Origin: Clostridia bacterium
Lineage (GTDB): Bacteria > Bacillota > Clostridia > UBA1212 > DUPL01
Direction: 5' to 3'
Assembly: GCA_050951325.1 (NCBI GenBank)
Contig: JBMNIW010000004.1
Coordinates: forward strand, 64,001-128,000
Length of the DNA: 64,000 bases
Shown here: positions 20,855-30,260 of the stretch, one piece after another
Layout: the number at the start of each line of letters is the position of its first letter
Numbering within the stretch: the first letter of the stretch is position 1
Notes under the pieces: model-generated
Databases searched by the model: none
What the model was told of the DNA's origin: nothing
The model's input: only the letters and a program-made list of their open reading frames with translations
Position numbers and translations under genes: made by a program

Positions 20855-21320
20855 AACCTCCGCCTCTTTTGCTTTCTGTGCTTTTTCTTAGAGCGCTTAG
20901 TTTCTCATCGCTGTCTTTCATGAATTTGTTCAACTTGTCTTCAAAGGAACTGCTGTCTTTGGAAGACTCGTACACAGGAGGCTGAGAATAAAGCAAGTTT
21001 CCTTTGCTCTGAAAATTGCCTTTGTTTTGCTTTCTTTCCTGTTTCTTGTACTCCCTCTTGATACTCTTTGGTATCTCTCCCTGTTCCAGTTCAAGATAAC
21101 GTTTCAAAGACAAACTCAATTTTCCGTCCTTTTCAACTGAAAGGGCAACAGCTTTCACTGTCTGTCCCACTTTTAAGTAATCATTAATGTCACTTACGTA
21201 ACCTGTTGAAATTTCAGATATGTGTATCAGACCTGTAGTTCCATCCTGGATTTGAACAAAGGCACCAAATGCTGTGATACCCGTAACTTTCCCTTCTACA
21301 ATGTCATTGACATTTACCAT
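20838..21320 (-). CDS. S1 RNA-binding domain protein (YabR-like)
   Basis: GKVTGITAFGAFV, GLIHISEIS and SFEDKLNKFMKDS motifs. Confidence 0.92.
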   Translation of the reverse strand: MVNVNDIVEGKVTGITAFGAFVQIQDGTTGLIHISEISTGYVSDINDYLKVGQTVKAVALSVEKDGKLSLSLKRYLELEQGEIPKSIKREYKKQERKQNKGNFQSKGNLLYSQPPVYESSKDSSSFEDKLNKFMKDSDEKLSALRKSTESKRGGGYVRRG

Positions 21321-21340
21321 AAAATAAATAAGACCTCCTG

Positions 21341-21610
21341 CTATTTTTCATTAATAAAAACTATTTCGTCTTTTTTTACATAGCCCAGCTTTTCTCTGGC
21401 TTTCCTTTCAATATATTCATAGGTGCCTATCATCTCCTGCTCTTCCTTCAGCTTGTCGTTGTATTCAGTTTCAGCCTGGATTTGCTCCTGCATGTCATGA
21501 TAGTTCTTCATGTTCCTATCCAAAATGCTTTGCTGGCTAAGCAGTATCACTATTAGATTGACAATTATGCCTATAAATATAATGTTTCTGAGATTAAACA
21601 GTTTTTTCAT
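21341..21610 (-). CDS. divIC: Septum formation initiator (DivIC/FtsB family)
   Basis: TM, coiled coil and YIERKAREKLGYVK motif; lies between yabQ and the S1 gene. Confidence 0.85.
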   Translation of the reverse strand: MKKLFNLRNIIFIGIIVNLIVILLSQQSILDRNMKNYHDMQEQIQAETEYNDKLKEEQEMIGTYEYIERKAREKLGYVKKDEIVFINEK

Positions 21611-21745
21611 AACCATTACCTCATCTTTTCTTTGGTATACCGGTATTATATATTGTTTTATTATCAAGGTCTAGTACCTTTTTTATTAATTCAACAACTT
21701 TATGGACATATTAGCACAACAGGATATAATTGGCAACACCTGTTA

Positions 21746-22195
21746 TTATTTTTCTTTTGAATTCTTTCTTTTTTCAAACATCTTTTTTATCTTTGCTACC
21801 AGCCTAACAGGTGCTGACAATATTTTAAACAAAAGATAAATTATCCAAAACAGTATTTTATTAATAATCTGAGATATCAATGCCCAATATATTAGAATGC
21901 CACACACCAGACCAAGTATCATAAAGCCTCTTATTTCGCCGTCGTTGAATACCACCACGACAAAAATGAAAATGGCAAACGCCAAAAGCGCAAACAACAC
22001 ATCCTCTATATGGACAGCATAAGTTACCTCTTTGTAAGCTGTTTTGGTTGCTTTGCGGACTGCCCTGAAAAAATCAAAAAGAAGCGCAATAACACCTCCG
22101 GCAGCCATCATGATTAAAAACAGCTCAAGAGATCTGCCAATCATCAAACCTTCATTCAAAGCGTTTCCTGCACTCACCAGAAAAATAGTATTCAT
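21746..22195 (-). CDS. yabQ: Spore cortex protein YabQ
   Basis: LFDFFR, IEDVLF and NDGEIRGF motifs; follows yabP. Confidence 0.88.
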   Translation of the reverse strand: MNTIFLVSAGNALNEGLMIGRSLELFLIMMAAGGVIALLFDFFRAVRKATKTAYKEVTYAVHIEDVLFALLAFAIFIFVVVVFNDGEIRGFMILGLVCGILIYWALISQIINKILFWIIYLLFKILSAPVRLVAKIKKMFEKRKNSKEK

Positions 22196-22482
22196 CTGAA
22201 CATGGAGGCAAATACGCCTTTACCCTTTCCTTTCTTTTTGTCGTCATACTCAAGACTGTAAACAAAGCCGGTAACCACCAGATCATGATGCTCAAGACTA
22301 AGCTTGCCTATCTTTAACCCCTCTCCTCTTACAAGCATCTTTCCAAGCTCGGTTTCCAATGCCACATATGTATCATCAAAACCGTAAACGTCAAGAACTC
22401 CTGATATTCTGAGACGTTCCCTGTTATCCATAGAAACATTGTGTCCCGTTGTATTTGCCAGGATTTTTCTCTCCTCTGCCAT
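22192..22482 (-). CDS. yabP: Sporulation protein YabP
   Basis: NRERLRISGVLDV..FD, LETELG..RGEGL motifs. Confidence 0.92.
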   Translation of the reverse strand: MAEERKILANTTGHNVSMDNRERLRISGVLDVYGFDDTYVALETELGKMLVRGEGLKIGKLSLEHHDLVVTGFVYSLEYDDKKKGKGKGVFASMFR

Positions 22483-22499
22483 ATGCCTCACCTCAACCA

Positions 22500-22528
22500 A
22501 TAATATGCTTGAAATTTGTCCTTTATTC
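22500..22528 (-). promoter_or_regulatory. Probable SigE promoter of yabPQ
   Basis: GAATA...CATATTAT; yabP is SigE-controlled in Bacillus. Confidence 0.55.
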
Positions 22529-22590
22529 TTTTATTCTTTTGTGTTATACTTCTTTTTGCATGTGGAGAATAATACGAGAGGTGTATATAG

Positions 22591-24375
22591 ATGGCTCGTA
22601 AAACGCGAATTGAGCTGAATGATTTTGATGAAATTATAAATGACGAAAGATATATTATAGATAAAGAAGCCAAGAAAGAAAAAAGAAGAGAAAAAAGGGA
22701 GAAAAGAAGGCTTATCGCCGAATACGACAAGGATGATTTGATTGGCAAAGCAGAACGCAAGCACAAGGCGACTATAATTAGTTTGATAGCAGCAGGTAGT
22801 CTTGTTATCATCTTCTTTATAACCACTATAATAATCTCAGCCACTCTTAACAAGGGAGAGGTTTATGCAGGCGTATATTTCAACAACTACAGCCTTTATG
22901 GAATGACAAAGAAAGAAATTGAAGACTATATTAACAAAACATATATAGATCCATTTAAAAACAAAAAGCTCATAATCTCTTACGAAGACAAGGAAATTGT
23001 AACAACACTTTACGATGTTACCAAAACACCGGACCCTAAAAAGGTTGCTGATGACGCATATAAGGTAGCTAGAAACGGAAACATCTATTCACGATTGTTC
23101 AAAGTCATGAACTTGAAGTCGGAACCGGTCAAAATGAAATTTACTCTTTCTTTGGACAAGGAGATACTGGAACAGCTCATAAACAATCTGAAAGACGAAC
23201 TGTATGAGGCAAAAGAAGACCCCAGCTACAAGATACTGCCAAACTCAGTAGTTTTCAGGGGTGGAAAAAACGGCAGTGAAATGAATCAGTTGAAACTTGA
23301 AAACGACATAAACGATGCGATTTACGAACTATTGGAAACAAAAAACGGCACCAGTGTTGAAAAGGTTGTTGTGGAAATATCAACAATCAAATTCAAACCA
23401 TTGAATGTTGATGAAATATTCAACGAGGTTTATGTTAAACCTGTTGATTCCACTTATGACAGAATATCACCAAAAGAAATACTTATAACTGATTCCACAC
23501 CTGGTAAAAAACTGGACAGAGATGCTCTTAATAATATAGTAAGCAGAATAAACAAGGGCGAAAACGTCATATTTGAAGAGTTGCCAATACTGGATGTTGA
23601 ACCTGAAATAACGAGGGAATTCCTTGAAAGCACTCTGGTAAACTACACTATCGCCACCTCTTCCAACAAGAATAATAACAATGACGACATGACCGACCCT
23701 GCTAGAATGGAAGACAGAGCTACTAATATTCAAAAATGTGTGGATGCACTGAATCGCTACATCCTTTTCCCTGGCGAAGAGTTCAACTTCTGGGAAGCTT
23801 TGGGCACCTTCAACGAAAGCACAGGTTACGTATATGCTTTCGACAACTCCGCAGCTGCGGAACAAAAGGTCTTGGGCGGTGGCATTTCCCAAGTTGCTTC
23901 CGCACTTTACCTGGCAGCCTTTACAAGCGAGCTTGAAATAGTGGAGCACCACAACTATCCGTATACAGTAAACTATGGTCCTCTTGGTTTTGACGCACAT
24001 GTTGTAAAAGGATCAAAGAACCTGATATTTAAAAACACACTGGAGTTTCCAATAAGGATTGTTTGCTCCTATGAGGATGAAACGATAAAGGTAGAGATAC
24101 TCGGAACCGATACAAACAGCAATGTACGCATAAGAACAAGCTCTACAACAAAGGCAATAAGCTATGATACGGAATACATTGATGATCCAAACCTGCCTGA
24201 AGGTACTGAGTTTATCACAAAAGGCGGCATAATGGGCTACGAGGTTCAGCTGTTCAAGAGAATAATTATGAATGGAGTGGAACTCCTAAGCGAGCATATT
24301 GGAACTGTCGTATACCAGCCAAGAAATCAGGTAATCACAAGAGGAACAGGACAAATCGAAGATATTGAAGAATAG
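22591..24375 (+). CDS. VanW family protein (PG-binding 4, VanW, G5 domains)
   Basis: N-terminal TM; RATNI, PGEEFNF and GGGISQVASALY motifs; C-terminal G5-like domain. Confidence 0.9.
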   Translation: MARKTRIELNDFDEIINDERYIIDKEAKKEKRREKREKRRLIAEYDKDDLIGKAERKHKATIISLIAAGSLVIIFFITTIIISATLNKGEVYAGVYFNNYSLYGMTKKEIEDYINKTYIDPFKNKKLIISYEDKEIVTTLYDVTKTPDPKKVADDAYKVARNGNIYSRLFKVMNLKSEPVKMKFTLSLDKEILEQLINNLKDELYEAKEDPSYKILPNSVVFRGGKNGSEMNQLKLENDINDAIYELLETKNGTSVEKVVVEISTIKFKPLNVDEIFNEVYVKPVDSTYDRISPKEILITDSTPGKKLDRDALNNIVSRINKGENVIFEELPILDVEPEITREFLESTLVNYTIATSSNKNNNNDDMTDPARMEDRATNIQKCVDALNRYILFPGEEFNFWEALGTFNESTGYVYAFDNSAAAEQKVLGGGISQVASALYLAAFTSELEIVEHHNYPYTVNYGPLGFDAHVVKGSKNLIFKNTLEFPIRIVCSYEDETIKVEILGTDTNSNVRIRTSSTTKAISYDTEYIDDPNLPEGTEFITKGGIMGYEVQLFKRIIMNGVELLSEHIGTVVYQPRNQVITRGTGQIEDIEE

Positions 24376-24433
24376 GAGCCTAATTCGGCTCCTTTACTTT
24401 TGACATATAAAAAAGCCCACTTGCTGTGAGCTT
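24374..24433. terminator. Back-to-back terminators for the vanW-like gene (+) and rpmE (-)
   Basis: AGGAGCC/GGCTCCT plus T-tract on the plus strand; AAGCTCAC/GTGGGCTT plus T-tract on the minus strand. Confidence 0.7.
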
Positions 24434-24444
24434 GATTATATCTC

Positions 24445-24642
24445 TTAGAATCCATATCTCTTGTTGAATTTTTCAACACGTCCACCAGTATCCACCAGTT
24501 TCGCCTTACCCGTATAGAAAGGATGGCACTTTGAGCATATCTCAACGCTAATATTTTCTCTAGTTGATAAAGTGGAAAAGGATTCTCCACATGCACATTT
24601 CGCAACTGTCTCTATTAGATTAGGATGAATGTTCTTTTTCAT
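24445..24642 (-). CDS. rpmE: 50S ribosomal protein L31 (Zn-binding type)
   Basis: [21 protein letters not shown] and [10 protein letters not shown] motifs. Confidence 0.98.
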   Translation of the reverse strand: MKKNIHPNLIETVAKCACGESFSTLSTRENISVEICSKCHPFYTGKAKLVDTGGRVEKFNKRYGF

Positions 24643-24700
24643 TTTTGTCACCTTCCTTCATACTCATTGCTGCATGCCATATTTTTGGACAACATAGTGT

Positions 24701-24729
24701 ATTATACCATGTTGCAATGTTATGTGCAA
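24701..24729 (-). promoter_or_regulatory. SigA promoter of rpmE
   Basis: TTGCAC-17-TATAAT with TG extension. Confidence 0.75.
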
Positions 24730-24768
24730 TACTTGATATTTAAATAATTTCAGCAAAAATGGAATTTC

Positions 24769-26469
24769 TTAATACTTGTAACTGTCATTGAATGATGTAT
24801 TTATCATCTTTATAAACTCAACATTGGTCTTTGTTTGCATAAGTTTGTTTATCAACATCTCGGTAACATCGGCCGTGCCCAGGTTGGCCATTGCCTTCCT
24901 TACCGTATAAATTGCGTTCAGTTCACTCTCTGATAACAGAAGTTCTTCCCTTCGTGTACCTGACTTGTTTATATCAATGGCAGGGAAAATACGTTTTTCA
25001 GAAAGTTTTCTATCCAAGTGCAGCTCCATGTTTCCTGTTCCCTTGAACTCCTCGAAAATCACATCGTCAAGACGGCTGCCCGTTTCAATCAAGGCAGTAG
25101 CTACTATGGTCAGACTTCCTCCTTCACGCAGGTTCCTCGCAGAACCAAAAAACTTCTTTGGTTTGAACAATGCTCCAGGATCCAATCCACCTGACAGGGA
25201 CCTACCCGTAGGTGTAATTGTCAGGTTGTATGCCCTTGATAGCCTTGTCAGGCTGTCAAGAAGAACAATTACATCCTTGCCGTGTTCAACAAGCCTTTGA
25301 GCGCGTTCCAAAACCATTTCCGCCACTTTTATGTGTCTTTCAGGCATTTCGTCAAATGTAGAGGAAATAACCTCACCCTTTACAGACTCTTTCATATCCG
25401 TAACTTCTTCAGGTCTTTCGTCTATAAGCAGCACAATAAGTTCCATCTCGGGATAATTGACAGAAACCGCATTGGCAATCTTCTTGAGCAGAACAGTTTT
25501 TCCCGCCTTGGGCGGTGAAACAATTATTCCCCTCTGCCCTTTGCCTATTGGCGCTATTAAGTCGATTAGACGTGTGGACAATTCGTTCGAATCTGTTTCC
25601 AATACAATTTTTGAATCCGGATATATGGGAGTAAGCTTGTCAAAAGATTTTCTTTTTGACATCGATTCAGGTGGAAATCCATTTATCGAATTGATATAGT
25701 ACAAAGCCTGATATTTTTCGTTATCCTTCTGGAATCTGCTCTTCCCTATAATCCTGTCTCCTGTTCTCAGATTAAATCTTTTGATGTAAACAGGGGAAAC
25801 GTATACGTCCTTGCTACCGGATACATAACTGCCGATTCTTAGGAATCCGTAATTGTCAGGCAAAATGTCAAGAATACCATCAACATCATTGTCTGAATGT
25901 GGATCATATTTCGTTTTGTTGTTTTCCTGTCTTCCGTTTACAGGTTCATTAGTTGATTCCTGCGTGTCTTCAACGATTTGTGTAGATTTTTCTTCTTCCT
26001 TTGATTCTTCTTTTTCCACGGCTTCGGTTACTACCTTCTCAGTTTCTTCAGTTTTCTTGGATTCATCCTCTTTAATGGTGTCGGCACTTTGTGCAGCACC
26101 ATTTCTTCTGAAAACTACAGCAGGCTCAAACTTTTTGAAGGTTATCTCCGGTTCTTTTGTATCATCATCGCTGTTGACAATCTGTCTAGCCAATATCAAA
26201 GGAGCTCTCTCTGGTTTCTTCTCCTTTGGAGGTCTGCCTCTTCTTCTTGGTTTGGCAGTCTCATCTGCTGCAGCTTCAGTCTTCTCCGCTTCTTCTTCAG
26301 GAGGCATGTTTTCCAAAGCAGCAGCTATTTTGCTTTTATAATCCGGAATCTCTTTAATAGCTTCAATGAGACCCGTTTTATTGTATGTTGTGGGTGATTT
26401 CACACCAATTTTTTTCGCAATAATGCGAAGATCCTTTATGTTTTTTTGATGAAGTTCTATATCTTCCAT
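24769..26469 (-). CDS. rho: Transcription termination factor Rho with long N-terminal insertion
   Basis: GKGQRG..PPKAGKT, DERPEEVTD and FEEFKGTGNMEL motifs. Confidence 0.98.
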   Translation of the reverse strand: MEDIELHQKNIKDLRIIAKKIGVKSPTTYNKTGLIEAIKEIPDYKSKIAAALENMPPEEEAEKTEAAADETAKPRRRGRPPKEKKPERAPLILARQIVNSDDDTKEPEITFKKFEPAVVFRRNGAAQSADTIKEDESKKTEETEKVVTEAVEKEESKEEEKSTQIVEDTQESTNEPVNGRQENNKTKYDPHSDNDVDGILDILPDNYGFLRIGSYVSGSKDVYVSPVYIKRFNLRTGDRIIGKSRFQKDNEKYQALYYINSINGFPPESMSKRKSFDKLTPIYPDSKIVLETDSNELSTRLIDLIAPIGKGQRGIIVSPPKAGKTVLLKKIANAVSVNYPEMELIVLLIDERPEEVTDMKESVKGEVISSTFDEMPERHIKVAEMVLERAQRLVEHGKDVIVLLDSLTRLSRAYNLTITPTGRSLSGGLDPGALFKPKKFFGSARNLREGGSLTIVATALIETGSRLDDVIFEEFKGTGNMELHLDRKLSEKRIFPAIDINKSGTRREELLLSESELNAIYTVRKAMANLGTADVTEMLINKLMQTKTNVEFIKMINTSFNDSYKY

Positions 26470-26594
26470 CAATACACCACCTTATTACATATTTTTTACC
26501 ATATATTTTCCATACTACCATAATAATCAATTTAGGGGGGATAACAAGTCTAACAGATGAAGACCAATTTGAACTGAGCGAATTGCTCATGAAT

Positions 26595-26623
26595 ATAATA
26601 CACAATAATGTAAAAAATGTCAA
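26595..26623 (-). promoter_or_regulatory. SigA promoter of rho
   Basis: TTGACA-17-TATTAT with TG extension. Confidence 0.75.
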
Positions 26624-27633
26624 CACGAAAGGTTTCTATGCTTTATACGTATATCATCACCTACAAACTCCAAAAGTTCGAATCCTCCTATTATCCGGGA
26701 TGCAACCCTTTCACCATAAGCGGAGAATATATTCTTTAGACTGAGATTAGTTGAAATTATGGTTTTGCAAATTCTTTTCCTGGACATTAGTTCCCTTGAA
26801 TTTAAAATGTCCAAGAGTTCGGCATATCTCGAACCAGTCTGCCTCTCCGTTCCCAAATCATCTATAATCAGAAGTTCCGCATTTGTCAAAAGTTCATCCA
26901 GCTCAATTGCCTTTTCACGTTCTTCCTCATCCTGCGAGTACTTGGAAGCTATGTTGTCAAACAAATCCGGAGCACTCATGTATACCACTGGAATTCCCTT
27001 TTCAATAAGTGCTATTGCAATGCAGTTGCACATAAAAGTCTTTCCAAGACCTGCTTTCCCTACAAATATAAGATTGTCTGCTTGTTTTGTATGAAAGTTC
27101 CTTACAAATTCCTTGCATCTTGCAAGATTTTTTGCCTGGATTTCACGCGGAGACTCTTTCGCTTTATACCTTTCCACATCTGGTTCGGCAGGATACAAAT
27201 CAAGGTCATAATCTTTAAAAGTTCCACCTGCACGGGTGACATTTGAATCCTTCAAAAGACTTTTTATAAGAAGGCTCTTGAAACAAGAACACCTTGAAGA
27301 ACCGGAATCACTCTTAATATATCCTGTATCCTTACAATACATGCATGTATGAACATTGTCAAGATAATCCGCAGGATAACCACATCTGGAAATTAAAGCT
27401 CTCTTTCTACCTATGGTTTCATTGAGTTTTTGCTTGATTTCGTCTTTTCTGTAATCTCCGTTTATTGCACTCAAACCAAGTCTTATTCCCAGTTTGCGAA
27501 TTTCATCATCAAGGACTGCAATCTGTGGAACCTTGGAAAATATCTCTTCTTTTCTCTTATCAGCAAGGAGCATTGCATTAAATCTTCTTTTCTCGAGTTC
27601 GTCATTGACCTCTTTGTAGATTCTCTTCCTCAT
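26620..27633 (-). CDS. DnaC/DnaI-like helicase loader ATPase
   Basis: CxxC/CxC zinc site, GKAGLGKT, LLIIDDLGTE, ISTNL and RVASRI motifs. Confidence 0.9.
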   Translation of the reverse strand: MRKRIYKEVNDELEKRRFNAMLLADKRKEEIFSKVPQIAVLDDEIRKLGIRLGLSAINGDYRKDEIKQKLNETIGRKRALISRCGYPADYLDNVHTCMYCKDTGYIKSDSGSSRCSCFKSLLIKSLLKDSNVTRAGGTFKDYDLDLYPAEPDVERYKAKESPREIQAKNLARCKEFVRNFHTKQADNLIFVGKAGLGKTFMCNCIAIALIEKGIPVVYMSAPDLFDNIASKYSQDEEEREKAIELDELLTNAELLIIDDLGTERQTGSRYAELLDILNSRELMSRKRICKTIISTNLSLKNIFSAYGERVASRIIGGFELLEFVGDDIRIKHRNLSC

Positions 27634-28646
27634 TTAGTCTCCTTTCTTTTGTACAGGTTTTCAAAAAACTCATCGTCATACTGTCTTTCCTCGTAATTTC
27701 TCATTTGAGGAACATCATCCCTATAGCTTGCAGGCTTTGTCTTCCTGCCTTTATCCTGAGCATATTTCTTTCTGCGTTCTTCCTCATAGACATTTATCAT
27801 GTCAACCGTATTCAGTCCGTTCTTGAACCACTCTGTTATCATTGCATCGAATATACGAATTGAAAACTTGGGTCTGCTCGTTGACTTCTTTAAAGCAATC
27901 TCAATTATATCAAAATCATACTTGTATGTATAGAACCACTTGGCTACAATTTCTTCCTCGTACTCGGTAAGATTTCTGCCAAGCCTCAGCTTGTTCGTTA
28001 TCTTCCTTACAAGCTCTCTAAACTTCTCATAGCGCAAGAGGTATTCTTCCACATCCTGCACCGATTTAATGTTTCTCTTTGCCCACTCCTGGGCAACTTT
28101 TCTTATGTACGGCTTTGTCATGACACCATTTGTCTGACAATGCTGGAACAGCATATACATTGCATCAGGACTGAAGCCGTATTGATGAAACCAAAGCTCT
28201 ATTTCAGAATACCAGCTTCCGGGCATCATGCCGCCAAAAAACCTGTCGCTAATCAGCTTTACAACCTGGTTTCTAGCCTGATTTTCATTTAAATCCTCAA
28301 TCTCCACATCATCAGGCATAATGGAAGTTATTTTCCTGTAAAACCTGTTAAGCTCCTTTTGATTTATGTCGCAAACGGCAATGATTCCTCCTTGAACGCT
28401 CATAAGTCCGATTGCTTCTAGTTCAATTAATTTCTCCATCAACACACTTTTGTCTATGCCTAAGGTTTTTGCTATCGCATCTTCCGTATACTCCTGGTTA
28501 AGTTTGGACAAGTAAACGCAGTAAACATATATCTTGACGCCCAAAGGATCAAGACCCGGCAAGTAGTCTGAAAAGAACAAATCGCTTATTGGCGTTTGTT
28601 CGAACATGGGATTGTACGTTTTTTCAATTCTTTTAGGTTTGTCCAA
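27630..28646 (-). CDS. DnaD domain replication protein
   Basis: N-terminal winged helix and two DnaD-like repeats (YIRKVAQEW, MITEWFKNG); coupled to the loader gene. Confidence 0.88.
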   Translation of the reverse strand: MDKPKRIEKTYNPMFEQTPISDLFFSDYLPGLDPLGVKIYVYCVYLSKLNQEYTEDAIAKTLGIDKSVLMEKLIELEAIGLMSVQGGIIAVCDINQKELNRFYRKITSIMPDDVEIEDLNENQARNQVVKLISDRFFGGMMPGSWYSEIELWFHQYGFSPDAMYMLFQHCQTNGVMTKPYIRKVAQEWAKRNIKSVQDVEEYLLRYEKFRELVRKITNKLRLGRNLTEYEEEIVAKWFYTYKYDFDIIEIALKKSTSRPKFSIRIFDAMITEWFKNGLNTVDMINVYEEERRKKYAQDKGRKTKPASYRDDVPQMRNYEERQYDDEFFENLYKRKETK

Positions 28647-28663
28647 AACAATTCTCCTTTATG

Positions 28664-29866
28664 TTAATTAATTGGTGCAGTTCCAACCTTTACCGCATGC
28701 ACAACGAAACGTCCGTCATTGTAATTGTACCTGTGACAGGTGGAAAGAGTCAGTATGTCGTCCCTTGAAGACAGAACAATGTCGGTTTTTACCACTGATT
28801 TCTTCTGCAATCCTCTGGCAAATTTAAGAAAAGCCTCAGGGGTTGAAAAATATGTTTGGATGTAATAATCATCCGTGGTGGTTTCGTAAGCAGAAAATAT
28901 TTTCCAAACGGTGACACCTTCTTTTGTATAGGTGTAAAGGTACTGGTGCTTGAAAAATACTTCCTCTTTCTGATAATACTTGAGCTTGCCAAACATGTTT
29001 CCGTTTCTCATGTTGTGCCCATATATTATATTATTACTCCCAATTTTATTGTCCTTGCCTGAACTTGATATCCTTTCAGGCCTGTTTCTGTAGTCAAGGA
29101 ACAGCGAACCTGATGATCTATGCTCCTTGTCTATGTCTCTCTTCAGATAAAACTCGTTGTCATTGGCTTGAAGGACATAGTAATCTATCTCTGCCCCTTC
29201 ACCATAAAGCCACATTACAAAATCACTGTTTCTTGCTTCATTCTCCAGCAAGGACTGCAAAGTGGCCACCTGTGGATATGTAATTCTTGGGGGAGTCGCC
29301 ATTGGATACTCAGGGATCTCCCTGTCAGGAGTAACTTCTATCAAGCTGCCCTTACCTATATTATACTGCTCCCTTATCCTGATCATATGTTCATGGTCCG
29401 CCACATATCCATAAATCTGCTCACCAATCATTCCAAGAGCAAAAAGCATTACCGCAAGTGCAACGGATCTGCCAAACTTGTAAAACAAGAGATTCAGTTT
29501 TCTTCTCTCTCTTTCCTTGGCAGACAATTTCCTTTTCTTTTTCTTGGGAGTTATTACTTTTACGGCAATATTTTCATTAAAATCTACAAGATTTCCTCTG
29601 TCAGGCACTAAAAAATGAGGAGGAAAATCAAACATGAGGTTTTGTCCTTCCTTCAGCCTGAAAACCTTTGATTTACTGATGGAAGTTCCCTCTTCAAGTT
29701 GCTTGTTCAAAACTTCCTCGTGTTTAAGGACATCACGAATCTCTATCTCGACTTCATCTGCCAGCTTGTCGAAATATGAATCTCCCTCGTGTATCTTCTC
29801 TATCTTTGCCATCTTATTTATATCATCCAACGTCTTCTCAACATCTTCATTATTCATATCGTGCAT
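28664..29866 (-). CDS. srtB: Class B sortase with long N-terminal cytoplasmic region
   Basis: VLQANDNEFYL, GSLFLDYRN, IYGHNM, TLSTC and GRFVV motifs. Start set at ATG 29866 (GGGGAG RBS). Confidence 0.9.
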   Translation of the reverse strand: MHDMNNEDVEKTLDDINKMAKIEKIHEGDSYFDKLADEVEIEIRDVLKHEEVLNKQLEEGTSISKSKVFRLKEGQNLMFDFPPHFLVPDRGNLVDFNENIAVKVITPKKKKRKLSAKERERRKLNLLFYKFGRSVALAVMLFALGMIGEQIYGYVADHEHMIRIREQYNIGKGSLIEVTPDREIPEYPMATPPRITYPQVATLQSLLENEARNSDFVMWLYGEGAEIDYYVLQANDNEFYLKRDIDKEHRSSGSLFLDYRNRPERISSSGKDNKIGSNNIIYGHNMRNGNMFGKLKYYQKEEVFFKHQYLYTYTKEGVTVWKIFSAYETTTDDYYIQTYFSTPEAFLKFARGLQKKSVVKTDIVLSSRDDILTLSTCHRYNYNDGRFVVHAVKVGTAPIN

Positions 29867-29941
29867 GAATATCTCCCCAATATAGATTCGATATATATAA
29901 TATACAAAACGAGGCAAAAAATCAAACAGAATAAAGTTACC

Positions 29942-30190
29942 AAAACGTGCTGTAGGTATACAGATACTGGTTTTGTAAGAAAATTTCCTCTTTCCGGTAC
30001 ATCTTGAGCCTGAAGAACATGATAATTCAGCTCTGTGCCTTCCTCCTCCAATGTTTCAACGCCATCATGTGTTCATGGTCAGCACATACCCATATATCTG
30101 CTCACTTATCATTGCAAGAGAAAAATTTGTAGAACATCATGTTTAAAAAATAATATTCTGTCCTTCCTTAAGTCTGAAAACTTTCACCAT
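29942..30190 (-). pseudogene. Highly deleted remnant of a tandem srtB paralogue
   Basis: RBS plus ATG, then collinear blocks KVFRLKEGQN, LNMMFYKF, FSLAMISEQIYGYV/DHEHM, EGTELNYHVLQAQD and KEEIFLQNQYLYTY that match srtB; frameshifted. Confidence 0.85.
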
Positions 30191-30260
30191 ATCACTCCAA
30201 CTTATTAACTGAATATCATGATACACTATGAACCAGGAAAAATCAAACTATTGAGCACAA

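Noticed and set aside
22591-24375. VanW protein as a vancomycin resistance marker
   Set aside because: No van cluster genes are present; stand-alone VanW/G5 proteins are common in Clostridia.
26620-28646. dnaD plus IstB/DnaC-like ATPase as a possible prophage or IS21 element
   Set aside because: No integrase, IstA or phage genes are nearby; this is a standard chromosomal clostridial pair.
29854-30051. 65-aa ORF upstream of srtB as an independent gene
   Set aside because: It is explained by fused fragments of the srtB paralogue remnant read partly out of frame.
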